From a virus, in IMG/VR virus record IMGVR_UViG_3300040770_000189, positions 1 to 36,969 of that record: a stretch of 36,969 bases of DNA; one strand, 5' to 3'. The notes below the pieces were generated by a model. That model was not told the origin of the DNA, ran no database searches, and was given only the letters and a program-made list of their open reading frames with translations. Positions within the stretch are counted from its first letter, which is position 1. The number at the start of each line of letters is the position of its first letter. The position numbers were made by a program, and so were the translations under genes. Of the stretch, positions 1 to 8,044 are shown piece after piece.

Positions 1-55
1 ATTCATTTGTCGCGTTTTTAGCTACATTAAAGCGACCAACCCAGCCTATATTTTC
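1..55. repeat. 55-nt exact copy of 36915..36969 (circular-assembly overlap)
   Basis: Bases 1-55 match 36915-36969 base for base. The sheath reading frame is continuous across the junction (691 + 488 nt = 1179 nt = 393 codons). Confidence 0.9.
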
Positions 56-691
56 ATTTACCTTTGCAAGCGATAAGAAACCGATTGTAAGGCCTAAAAT
101 AGAAGTGTTTAATTCAATACCTAAACCGGCTCCGTCTTGACCTATTACAACAGAAACGTTTTTCGCGTCTAAATTACGTAATTCAGGCAAAGTTGAAAGA
201 TTTGAAAAACTTGACATTTTTCCAGCCAAAACAATACTTAAAGGCTTGTGTTCAGCTTCCAAAACGTCCGCCTGTTCCTGTAAAATAGTGACCATAGAAC
301 TATCAAAATCAATTTCCTCGTTCATAATTCCAAGCTGTCTAATTTTACCTTCAGCAAATCGCTGAATGTCTAATACTTTTGAATAGTCAGGTTCTTCTAT
401 TCCGTCGCTGGCGTAAATAGCCAAGTATAAGACTGCTTTTTTATTAGCCTGAAAAACTGAATTTATTTGGTAATGAAGTCTTTTTAAGTATTCAGGGAAA
501 TTTTCTTTATTGCCTATTCCAATCGCTTCAGCTTCCTGAATTGAATAAATTACTTTTACTTGATCAGCTATAAGCTGTAAACCTTGGTTTGAATTTACGG
601 GTAAATAAGCTAAAATACCTGAAATATGATCTTCGCCAGCTAAAGCACGACCAAGACCGCCTTCGCCACGGTTAAAAATTACATCATTCAT
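1..691 (-). CDS. contractile tail sheath protein, N-terminal part (gene wraps through the window ends)
   Basis: Minus-strand ATG at 691-689 (MNDVIFNRGEGGLGRALAGEDHISGILAYLP...) is open down to base 1. It is absent from the ORF track because it runs off the window, and it continues in frame at 36969. The call rests on position: directly upstream of the tube, frameshifted chaperone and tape measure, with about 392 aa in total. Confidence 0.6.
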   Translation of the reverse strand, partial: MNDVIFNRGEGGLGRALAGEDHISGILAYLPVNSNQGLQLIADQVKVIYSIQEAEAIGIGNKENFPEYLKRLHYQINSVFQANKKAVLYLAIYASDGIEEPDYSKVLDIQRFAEGKIRQLGIMNEEIDFDSSMVTILQEQADVLEAEHKPLSIVLAGKMSSFSNLSTLPELRNLDAKNVSVVIGQDGAGLGIELNTSILGLTIGFLSLAKVNENIGWVGRFNVAKNATNE

Positions 692-712
692 AATTTTGTT
701 TTTAAAAAGGTT

Positions 713-747
713 AAAAAAAAGGCGACGAAATAACGCGTCGCCTTTTT
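713..747. terminator. bidirectional rho-independent terminator after the capsid gene
   Basis: The 7-bp GC stem GGCGACG (721-727) pairs with CGTCGCC (736-742). It is flanked by A8 (713-720) and T5 (743-747). In minus sense the stem is followed by T8. Confidence 0.7.
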
Positions 748-768
748 GTAATAATTTATTTATAATAA

Positions 769-1848
769 TTAAGCACCTACGCCTTGCGCAATTGATACGC
801 GTCCAACGTTGTTTGGTCTTAAATAGTGCGCTCCGTGGTTAACTTCAGCGCTAAAAACGTCACCGTATTTTGTGGCGTCTCCTAAGTTGCTATAAACCAT
901 AATAGAACCTAAAGCTTGGGAAGTCATAAAACGACTAAATCCAACAGCACCAGCACAGTCAGTTGAAGCTTCAGGCATATTCGAAGCCTTCAAAGTATTT
1001 GTTCCGGCTGAAGTGTAATTTACAACCTCACCACGTTTAATGATGTTAAAGCCGAATAATTCAGCAATAACCCCTTTTGCCAACATATCCGCGTTTATAG
1101 TAGCGCGTGAACGTACAAGGTCGCTATCTGTAAACAAATCGTAAAACATAACCGCCGGCATAACTAAATAACGTTCTTTTTCTGGTACTTTGTCCAAATC
1201 CATACGAGCCGAAGCGCGCGCGACGTCTTCTTTTGTAGTTTTTAAACGGGTTCCGGTCGCTGTCGCGTTTGGTAGGGTTCCGGTATTCGCTCCTGTTGTT
1301 CTAATTACGTGAGTAACTGAAACAGAAACCGCCCATTTCTGAAGCGTAGAAGTTGCTATTGTATCGCTTAAAGTTGCAATATGAGAAGCAAGAACAGACT
1401 GACGTTTTGCATAAGAAACTTGTAAATCATCTACACTTTTCACTAAAATAGGATCAGTTGTATAGTTGTCTAGGTCATAGGTCAATTCCGTATCTGTTCT
1501 TTCTATTGGGTCAGTATTTACGGCTGTTCTGTTTTTTACAACGGCCGGAGTGTTTCCAGCTATAGGAACGTGAACCGTTTTATTTTCTATAAATTCAGAA
1601 TGATCTTGCGCCAAAAACAAAAATTCGTTACCGTAATAAAGCTTTTCTTGTATGTCTGCAATCCAAACTTCAGTTTGAAGGGCAAAAGCCAAGCTTCCAG
1701 CGGTAAACGATTTTTTAAACAAAAGTTGCGTTCCTGTACCTAAGGCAAAAACACCAATACCGACAACAGCCGAATCAAAAAGCATTCCAATAACAAAAGC
1801 AAAAGCTATGTTAATAAAAACGCGTAAAAGGGAAATTCTATTTTTCAT
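769..1848 (-). CDS. major capsid protein (start moved to the Met at 1848)
   Basis: 359 aa, immediately after the protease-scaffold gene and followed by a strong terminator, before the tail genes. The track start at 1941 would overlap the upstream gene by 56 nt, whereas the ATG at 1848 leaves a 37-nt gap. Family not identified by eye. Confidence 0.6.
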   Translation of the reverse strand: MKNRISLLRVFINIAFAFVIGMLFDSAVVGIGVFALGTGTQLLFKKSFTAGSLAFALQTEVWIADIQEKLYYGNEFLFLAQDHSEFIENKTVHVPIAGNTPAVVKNRTAVNTDPIERTDTELTYDLDNYTTDPILVKSVDDLQVSYAKRQSVLASHIATLSDTIATSTLQKWAVSVSVTHVIRTTGANTGTLPNATATGTRLKTTKEDVARASARMDLDKVPEKERYLVMPAVMFYDLFTDSDLVRSRATINADMLAKGVIAELFGFNIIKRGEVVNYTSAGTNTLKASNMPEASTDCAGAVGFSRFMTSQALGSIMVYSNLGDATKYGDVFSAEVNHGAHYLRPNNVGRVSIAQGVGA

Positions 1849-1885
1849 TTTATTAAATTTTAAAGGTTTGTACTTAGGCCAATTA

Positions 1886-3070
1886 TTAAAAATCAGCTTC
1901 GGTTTTATTTGTTTTGTATTCAGCATTATACAAGGCCACAAAAGCCGGCTTGTCGTTTGCTTTTAAAGCATTTAAAACTTGGGGCGCTTCACGCTCCAAC
2001 TGTCTAAAGCTTCGCGTTTCTGCTGGCGCTGGCGTTCCGGTTACAGTGTCATCTTTAAAAGCGTTTCTTATGTCCGCCGGTTTGGCTGGAATAGCATTCA
2101 TAAGGATCATAAAACCCTGAAGATTGTTTTCAGCTGAAGCAATTACTTCTTCTTTTTTTGCTGGATCAATTTTACCTTCCTTAATACAATTTTCAACAAA
2201 TGCAACAGTAGCGGTTTTGTTGTTAGATTCGATAAGGGTTTTTTGTTCAGCAATTTTGTTTTCAAGTTCAGTAATTTTTGAAGCTTGCGTTCCTGTCAAC
2301 TTAACAGCTGTAGTTAAACTGTTTTGAATAGTTTCAACGGCTTTTTCAATTACTTCTTCGCTTACGCCTTCCTGAAGTTTCAAGCGTGCAATAACGTTTT
2401 TCATTTTAATTGTGTTTTTATTAATGTTTTCATTTACCGTCGAATTTAAAATATTGTAAACAACCGCGACGCCGGCCGTTTTTTCCTTTTCCGATATATT
2501 TACTTTAACGTTAGTATTTTCAACGTTTTCAGTAAGCAAAAAGCCAGCTTTTACCATTTCCTTAGTATTAAACCAATTATCTAACCCGTTAGAAAAAAGG
2601 TTTTCAAAGAAAGTTTCTTTTTTGCTGGTTCTATTAGTTAGAATCTGAATTAAAGTCGATTTGAATTGGTTTAAGCTGTTTTTGTCGTTTTCAGAAACGT
2701 TTGAATCATCTTTAAAGCTTACGCCGTGAATCATTAAGCGCGCGTAATCCTTGGCGAACCTGTTTTTTGCTTCTATTGAAAGCCAAATAACGCCAGCCGA
2801 AGAAGCGCCAAGGCCATTCAAATAACCCTCTACAACAACGCCTTTTTTTGGAGCGTCTATTATTTCAGAAACTATACTTTGAGCGTGAATGACGTCACCG
2901 CCTACAGAATTAAATTTTATTTTTATAGTTTTTACACCGTTTTCAGCAAGCCAACGCATTTCTTCAGCGAAATAAGCGCCGTTTACACCTTCGTTTGATA
3001 TTTCTTTATAAATAAACATTTCGGCTGTAGCCGTTTCTTTATCAAACTTGTTTATATATGTATGTTTCAT
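1886..3070 (-). CDS. ClpP-family (S14) prohead protease fused to a scaffold-like C-terminal half
   Basis: The N-terminal half carries FNSVGGDV, GLGASSAGV (Ser nucleophile context) and MIHGVS (His), which are ClpP-like motifs. The C-terminal ~200 aa are helical and charged (scaffold-like). Lies directly upstream of the capsid gene. Confidence 0.75.
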   Translation of the reverse strand: MKHTYINKFDKETATAEMFIYKEISNEGVNGAYFAEEMRWLAENGVKTIKIKFNSVGGDVIHAQSIVSEIIDAPKKGVVVEGYLNGLGASSAGVIWLSIEAKNRFAKDYARLMIHGVSFKDDSNVSENDKNSLNQFKSTLIQILTNRTSKKETFFENLFSNGLDNWFNTKEMVKAGFLLTENVENTNVKVNISEKEKTAGVAVVYNILNSTVNENINKNTIKMKNVIARLKLQEGVSEEVIEKAVETIQNSLTTAVKLTGTQASKITELENKIAEQKTLIESNNKTATVAFVENCIKEGKIDPAKKEEVIASAENNLQGFMILMNAIPAKPADIRNAFKDDTVTGTPAPAETRSFRQLEREAPQVLNALKANDKPAFVALYNAEYKTNKTEADF

Positions 3071-3146
3071 TTAGCAATATTAATCTAAAAAAATACTTGT
3101 TTTATTCGTTTTTTAGCTTTTAATTTGTCTTTACAGTAAATAAACA

Positions 3147-3317
3147 ATGAAGAAAAACCAAACCACTCTAAAAGAACGCGAAAAGTACATAAAAGAGCAA
3201 ATTAACGGCCGACATAAAAGCCTTAATACTAGTGATGTAGTTCGAGAACTAGCTAAAAAACTTTTTCTTTCTGAAGAAACAATTTGGAAGGACTTCGCAA
3301 AACAAAAAAACAAATGA
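3147..3317 (+). CDS. small helix-turn-helix-like protein (56 aa)
   Basis: Below the track size cut-off and read by hand: MKKNQTTLKEREKYIKEQINGRHKSLNTSDVVRELAKKLFLSEETIWKDFAKQKNK. The SDVVRELAKKLFLSEETIWKDF segment looks like an HTH. Its stop overlaps the next ATG (ATGA at 3314-3317). The antisense track ORF 3131..3313 has junk-like composition. Confidence 0.45.
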   Translation: MKKNQTTLKEREKYIKEQINGRHKSLNTSDVVRELAKKLFLSEETIWKDFAKQKNK

Positions 3318-3820
3318 AAAATTTAATCAATTCACTTTTCGCGCGCTTCGGTTTCGCGCCTGTATTTCAAATTGCAAATTTTCGAAAAGCCGAAAAAAAC
3401 TTTGCTGAACTCATTTCGCTGGAACAACAAGCCGTTTCTTTTGTGCAAAATACGTTGAAAGTAATAAACAACGCCGTAAAAAACGAATTAAAAAGGAACG
3501 GCTACGATCCAGCTGACGTTTTAAACGGTAAATTAAGGCTTTCAGCTATAGCCACAACGTCGGAACAAGATGAAAGATTTAAAAGCCAAACTTATAGCGT
3601 TGACGGCTATGTTATTTTAAAAGTAAAATGGAAACCTAACGGCTTCACAATGGAAGTAAACACGGCCGAACAAACTACAGCTAATAAAAAAGCTATGAAA
3701 TCAGGCGAAAACAAAAAGCGCGATTTTAGCAAGTTAAAGGCAAAAGAAAAAGACGAAGTTGAAGTTGAAGCTTTAACAAATAAAAAAATAAATAAAAAAA
3801 AACATTTTAAATCTGTATAA
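3314..3820 (+). CDS. hypothetical protein with Lys-rich C-terminal tail (168 aa)
   Basis: Track ORF 3284..3820 trimmed to the Met at 3314, which is ATGA-coupled to the upstream ORF. Normal coding composition. No motif recognised. Confidence 0.5.
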   Translation: MKNLINSLFARFGFAPVFQIANFRKAEKNFAELISLEQQAVSFVQNTLKVINNAVKNELKRNGYDPADVLNGKLRLSAIATTSEQDERFKSQTYSVDGYVILKVKWKPNGFTMEVNTAEQTTANKKAMKSGENKKRDFSKLKAKEKDEVEVEALTNKKINKKKHFKSV

Positions 3821-3890
3821 AAGTATTACATTTGAATTCTCCTTTATAATGCTGTTAATTTGTTGTTAACATTTTTTTTAGTTTAGACTC

Positions 3891-3918
3891 AAAAGCCTTC
3901 TTGAATGAAGGCTTTTTT
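3891..3918. terminator. bidirectional rho-independent terminator
   Basis: The 9-bp stem AAAGCCTTC pairs with GAAGGCTTT around the loop TTGAAT. It is followed by T6 on the plus strand and by TTTT on the minus strand. Sits between the plus cassette (stop 3820) and the minus gene ending at 3921. Confidence 0.65.
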
Positions 3919-3920
3919 GT

Positions 3921-4427
3921 TTAAGAAGGTTTTAAGTAATACGTTGAAGCGTCAACGCCAATTTCAAGTTCAGGAACGCCAACAAGTAACTTCAATTTGT
4001 TCTTTCTATTGGCCGTGTTATCTATTAAAAGTGTGTTGTATTCCATTTTCCAAATAATTACGGCGTCGTGGTTCGAATCCTGTTCCTCTCGTCTCCTATT
4101 CAATGAAGTTACTAAATTGTCAACGGAAAAATTCTGAAGCTGAAAATTTAGTTTACCAGCCAAAACAAAAACTTCCCTGTCTTCAGTTTTTAAAGAAGAA
4201 AATCCCAAATGAAAGCGAATTATCGCGTCGGCTTCCTGTAAGCTTTCACTTTTCGTTATATACTCCAAAACAGGAAATTCAACAAAAACAGCCGGAAAAG
4301 AAAAGGCTTTTTCAACGCCTTCTTTTTCGAATTGGTTGTTGTATAGCCTAAAGGTTTTTATTTCGGGAATTTTGGCCGTTATGTGTTCTTTTAAAGCGTC
4401 AAACAGCAATAATTTAGGATCATTCAT
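3921..4427 (-). CDS. head-tail joining / tail completion protein (DUF3168-like pattern)
   Basis: 168 aa. The N-terminus LLLFDALKEHITAKIPEIKTFRLYNN resembles tail-completion/neck proteins. Located next to a gpG-like gene in the head-tail joining block. Confidence 0.4.
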   Translation of the reverse strand: MNDPKLLLFDALKEHITAKIPEIKTFRLYNNQFEKEGVEKAFSFPAVFVEFPVLEYITKSESLQEADAIIRFHLGFSSLKTEDREVFVLAGKLNFQLQNFSVDNLVTSLNRRREEQDSNHDAVIIWKMEYNTLLIDNTANRKNKLKLLVGVPELEIGVDASTYYLKPS

Positions 4428-4439
4428 TTTATTAATTTA

Positions 4440-4853
4440 TTAATTCAAAACACTTTTAATCTCTTTGTCAATTCTAGCTTTTATTTTGCGCGAAAGCGTC
4501 GCACTCGAACCGATAAACTTCCTTTTTGGTAGTTTTCCAACGCCTTTATTGTGAAAAGACATATAAGGCACTCCGTAAGCGCCTATTTCTATCAAGTTGA
4601 AGCTTGCTACCCTTACACGAATAGAACCGCGCCCGTGGCCTGTTTTGACTAAAATAGCGCGCGTTCTTGCTGTCCTTCTATCGCTTTTATCTTTCGTTTT
4701 TCTTGCTTCCCAAGGTTCAAGGCTTACGTCTGTAAATCCACCATCACGAAAAGACTGAACAAAATGACGCTTGGCCATATTACCAATAATAACCGGTAAA
4801 TTGCGCTTTGCTTGCTCAAATTCTTTTATTTTCTGTTTAAAGTTAAAAGCCAT
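4440..4853 (-). CDS. virion morphogenesis protein (Mu gpG / HK97 gp10-like)
   Basis: FVQSFRDGGFTDVSLEPWEARK...ILVKTGHGRGSIRV fits the gpG/gp10 pattern (F..gG....W.p......iL..tG.l..Si). It follows the MuF-like gene, as in Mu. Confidence 0.55.
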   Translation of the reverse strand: MAFNFKQKIKEFEQAKRNLPVIIGNMAKRHFVQSFRDGGFTDVSLEPWEARKTKDKSDRRTARTRAILVKTGHGRGSIRVRVASFNLIEIGAYGVPYMSFHNKGVGKLPKRKFIGSSATLSRKIKARIDKEIKSVLN

Positions 4854-4857
4854 TTTA

Positions 4858-5082
4858 CTAATAATCTGTTTCAGTTTCTTCGGGTTCGGGTAAAAACTCT
4901 TTTATTACGAATCCTAAAGGTTCTACAAATTCGTAAAAAAAGAACGCTTCAGGGTCGCCGTTTTGCGGTTCCGGCCTGTAGCCATCAAAAGCGGTTTTTA
5001 TACATTTAAAATCCTTAGGCCAACTAATTTCTTCGCCTTTTAAACTAAATAAAGCGCCGTTTGGGTGTTCTGCTGTTATCAT
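4858..5082 (-). CDS. small acidic protein (74 aa), ATGA-coupled to the MuF fusion gene
   Basis: 16 acidic versus 6 basic residues. The start codon overlaps the upstream stop (ATGA at 5079-5082). Confidence 0.5.
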   Translation of the reverse strand: MITAEHPNGALFSLKGEEISWPKDFKCIKTAFDGYRPEPQNGDPEAFFFYEFVEPLGFVIKEFLPEPEETETDY

Positions 5083-6749
5083 TTACTTTCACGAATTAAA
5101 TTATATATTGTTTCAAAATAATCAAAATCTTTTTCGATTAAACGTGTAGGGTTTTTAAAAACTTCTGTAAACCACATCGTTAGTATTTCAGAAGACCCTT
5201 CGCGATTGTAATATTTACCAATGTAAGGTTCAATAAAATTGTCTTTCTTGGTAACTTCCGACCAGCCGTAAGCCTTATTTCCTGTAACATTCCGCAAAGC
5301 TTCAACTGTATCGTTAGCCGTTCGCCTATTGTAAAATTCCATTATACGCGCGTGGAGTTCAGGCCTGTCGTGTTCTAAAAAGTGACCAAGTTCATGAAGA
5401 ACTGTTTCAGTTCCGTCTGAAGGCGATAAAGTCACCCTATTATAAACCCCGCTTGCGTAACTAGCGCGAACTTTTTTCTTTATATAAACGTTTACAGACT
5501 TTTTTAAAGGTTGCCATTTATTAGAAATAAAACCGCTAAATTTTTCAAGCTTAGGCTTCATTTTTAAATAAGAAGCGTCAAATTCACCATTCAAAGAAAC
5601 AAAGCTTAAAGGTTCAATTGGATTATCTACCTTTAAAATATTAATAATTTCGGCTTCAGCTTTTCTAAGCAAGCTTTCTTTTTTTGTTACTAGCCTATTT
5701 CTAAGTTTTACCTGATCATTGAATTTTAAAACACGCGCTGAATATTCCTCGCGGTTTTTTCTGAAGTCAATCTTATTAATTTCTGCTATCTCAATTTTCT
5801 GTTCAGCTATTATTTTTTGAAGTTGAATTTCAACTTCTTTTGCTTCTTTTATGAATGTAATGTTTTTAATTTTTTCGCCAGCCATTTCGGCGCTTTGTTG
5901 TGTAATTGGTAATGCTTCAGGAACTTCAGGAACCGGAACTTTTGGCGCTCTCGGTTTTCTTGGCTTGACAATTTTAACTTCAGGGACAAAAGGCAAATCG
6001 AAATTTTTTCCAAGCGCTACTTTATAACGCTGATCAACTTTTAAATAAGGGTGAATGTCTTCGCGAAAAATAATTTTGTCTTTTCCTGAATTCATTTTAA
6101 ACAGTTCAGGAATAGGGTCAAAAGTCCTTTTTGGGTCTGTTTCCTGTTCTTCGTTTTCTTCAAGTTGTTCAGTTGTGCAACGACAATTCCAATCGTTAGG
6201 CGGGAAATAATCGTTCCAAAACTTATCACCTACAGCAAAAACAACTTCGTCAAGGTCTTTGTGTTGCTCCCTAACGCGCTGATCACCTATAGTAATATAT
6301 TTTAATAAAGGAAATATTTCTTTGTTTTCTTGTATGTCGTTCCATTGCCTAGCGCTGGAAGCCTGACTTAATGCGGTATTATATTCAGTGTTTAGCCAAT
6401 TTTTATTATAAGTTTCGAATATCTCACTAGCATACTTTTTGAACTCGCTAAAAGGAATTTTATCTTTTCCAGCAAATAAGAAATTACTCATATCGTTGAC
6501 CTGTTGAAATGTCTTGGCGCCCGAAAAAACAGCTATATTCTTTTCAAATCCGGCCATAATAAGACCCGCTTCAGTAGAAGTGTCAAAATCTGAATAAGTA
6601 CCGCCAAACCCATCAAAAACAGCCTTATTCAAGCGCGCTTTAATATCGTTATACAACCCAACAGGCAAAACTTCACGCGAAATTGAACCGCCGTAAAGGT
6701 CATTTATTATCTTTTCAATTTCTTCGTCTGTATAGTCTAGGCCGTTCAA
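5079..6749 (-). CDS. MuF/SPP1 gp7-like minor head protein fused to an HExxH metallopeptidase-like C-terminal domain
   Basis: MuF core: YITIGDQRVREQHKDLDEVVF...FWNDYFPPNDWNCRCT. This is followed by a Pro-rich linker (PRKPRAPKVPVPEVPEALP), a coiled coil, and VLHELGHFLEH (HELGH encoded at 5382-5396). Confidence 0.8.
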   Translation of the reverse strand: MNGLDYTDEEIEKIINDLYGGSISREVLPVGLYNDIKARLNKAVFDGFGGTYSDFDTSTEAGLIMAGFEKNIAVFSGAKTFQQVNDMSNFLFAGKDKIPFSEFKKYASEIFETYNKNWLNTEYNTALSQASSARQWNDIQENKEIFPLLKYITIGDQRVREQHKDLDEVVFAVGDKFWNDYFPPNDWNCRCTTEQLEENEEQETDPKRTFDPIPELFKMNSGKDKIIFREDIHPYLKVDQRYKVALGKNFDLPFVPEVKIVKPRKPRAPKVPVPEVPEALPITQQSAEMAGEKIKNITFIKEAKEVEIQLQKIIAEQKIEIAEINKIDFRKNREEYSARVLKFNDQVKLRNRLVTKKESLLRKAEAEIINILKVDNPIEPLSFVSLNGEFDASYLKMKPKLEKFSGFISNKWQPLKKSVNVYIKKKVRASYASGVYNRVTLSPSDGTETVLHELGHFLEHDRPELHARIMEFYNRRTANDTVEALRNVTGNKAYGWSEVTKKDNFIEPYIGKYYNREGSSEILTMWFTEVFKNPTRLIEKDFDYFETIYNLIRESK

Positions 6750-8044
6750 TGCTCACAATTTTTTAAAACGTTCGAATACATATTTTTTACTGCTTTCATT
6801 ACTGAAGAAGCTGGCGCGTTTGGATTTGCTATTTCTTCAACTGCTTTGTCTTCTACAGGCACGCCAAAAGTTTCAAATATGAATTCGTTTGGCACATCTT
6901 TATATTTAAGCAATTCAGTAACAATTTTAACCATTTCTTCAAGTGAAAGTTTCTGTTCGTTGTCTGATTTAAAATAACAGCCAACAGGAAGCAAATTCAA
7001 GCGAACACACGCCGGAATAATAGCTTCATTAGTCGTTTCTTCAACTAAAACAATATAAGCTTCTATTAAAGACTTTAACAAATTTTCATGAACACCAGCG
7101 GAACCTGAATAAGATTTTTCGTCGGTGGTTCCTGTCTGTAACAAAAAACCTTTTGAAAGTTCAGAATTAACGCTTTGAATAAATTCTTGATATATCTTAT
7201 AAAAGTCGGTCTTGGAAGTTTCAACGAATTCAACAACGTCGTCTTCGTGTATAACCGCCCAGCCAGCTGATCCGACATTTTCCATCATATCCTCCATATT
7301 TGCGCGCTTAACGGGATCACCTATATTTGTACGGCCAACACGCAAAGGCATTCCGAATATTTCGGCGCTTTCGCTCCAAGCTGAAATTACTTCTTTTTTC
7401 TTTATAACTAAAGGCGTCGCTTTGTGTAAAAGTCCAAGGTTATCGGTTTCACCTACAGGAATAACCCAATTAATAAATTCAGGTGCGTCAAAAGGAATCA
7501 AATCGCTGGAATTCGCCAAAGACTTTTTTACACCGCCCTTTTGTTGAATTACATATTCACGCGGTACAAGTTCGGCGTCTGAAAAAATACCGTTTTTTAT
7601 GTCTAAAAGCTGTATTAAACTAAAACCGTAAAATTCAGAATCTACAATAAATTTAGATGCTTTTCTAAACCATTTTTGTTTAAATAAAGCCGTCGCTTCG
7701 TCATTAACAGTTTCGTCAGCATTATAAATAAAAAAATTGTTAGCTATTACTTTTAATCGTATCGTTTGCATAAGCGCGAACAAATGAAGGTCAACTTCAA
7801 TGTCTTTAAAAACGCGAATTAATTCCGTATTACTTGGCAAAATCAAACTTTCGGCCTGTTGTGTTGCTGAAATCCAATTTTGTATTCCAGCGCGCGAACG
7901 TTGCAAGGCTGTTCTGTAAATTTTCTCTCTTACCTTGTTAGACTTTCGGGAATCATTCAGACGCGCCAAAACTTCTTTTCTTTTATCTTCTTTTAAGACG
8001 TTCACAACGCCTTTTCTGCTTACTTCGTAGTTTAAAATTCTCAT
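6746..8044 (-). CDS. portal protein (start at the Met overlapping the upstream stop, TAATG)
   Basis: 432 aa, located between the terminase and the MuF-like gene. Size and synteny fit a Mu-type portal. No diagnostic motif read by eye. Confidence 0.6.
   Translation of the reverse strand: MRILNYEVSRKGVVNVLKEDKRKEVLARLNDSRKSNKVREKIYRTALQRSRAGIQNWISATQQAESLILPSNTELIRVFKDIEVDLHLFALMQTIRLKVIANNFFIYNADETVNDEATALFKQKWFRKASKFIVDSEFYGFSLIQLLDIKNGIFSDAELVPREYVIQQKGGVKKSLANSSDLIPFDAPEFINWVIPVGETDNLGLLHKATPLVIKKKEVISAWSESAEIFGMPLRVGRTNIGDPVKRANMEDMMENVGSAGWAVIHEDDVVEFVETSKTDFYKIYQEFIQSVNSELSKGFLLQTGTTDEKSYSGSAGVHENLLKSLIEAYIVLVEETTNEAIIPACVRLNLLPVGCYFKSDNEQKLSLEEMVKIVTELLKYKDVPNEFIFETFGVPVEDKAVEEIANPNAPASSVMKAVKNMYSNVLKNCEH

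Noticed and set aside
1-55. Whether the 55-nt end repeat is a genuine direct terminal repeat (physical genome ends).
   Set aside because: The repeat lies in the middle of the sheath coding sequence with frame continuity across the junction. Its length fits an assembler k-mer overlap. This is unresolved without reads, but an assembly artefact is more likely.
769-1941. Long N-terminal extensions in track ORFs 769..1941, 16752..17120, 19350..20903, 20837..21145, 6746..8080 and 3284..3820.
   Set aside because: The extensions overlap upstream genes or promoter-like gaps and have odd composition. Internal Met codons give ATGA/TAATG coupling or sensible spacing, so the starts were moved to those codons.
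7212-7547. Track ORFs antisense to, or in an alternative frame within, longer genes in the rest of the genome: 1914..2120, 2124..2327, 3131..3313, 4103..4351, 4812..5009, 7075..7278, 7212..7547, 10774..10974, 13499..13687, 14797..14982, 16219..16404, 16258..16449, 17182..17400, 18506..18742, 22606..22803, 23221..23406, 23397..23588 and 23996..24226.
   Set aside because: Each lies wholly within, or mostly overlaps, a longer ORF that has recognisable motifs or operon coupling. Their amino-acid composition looks non-coding.
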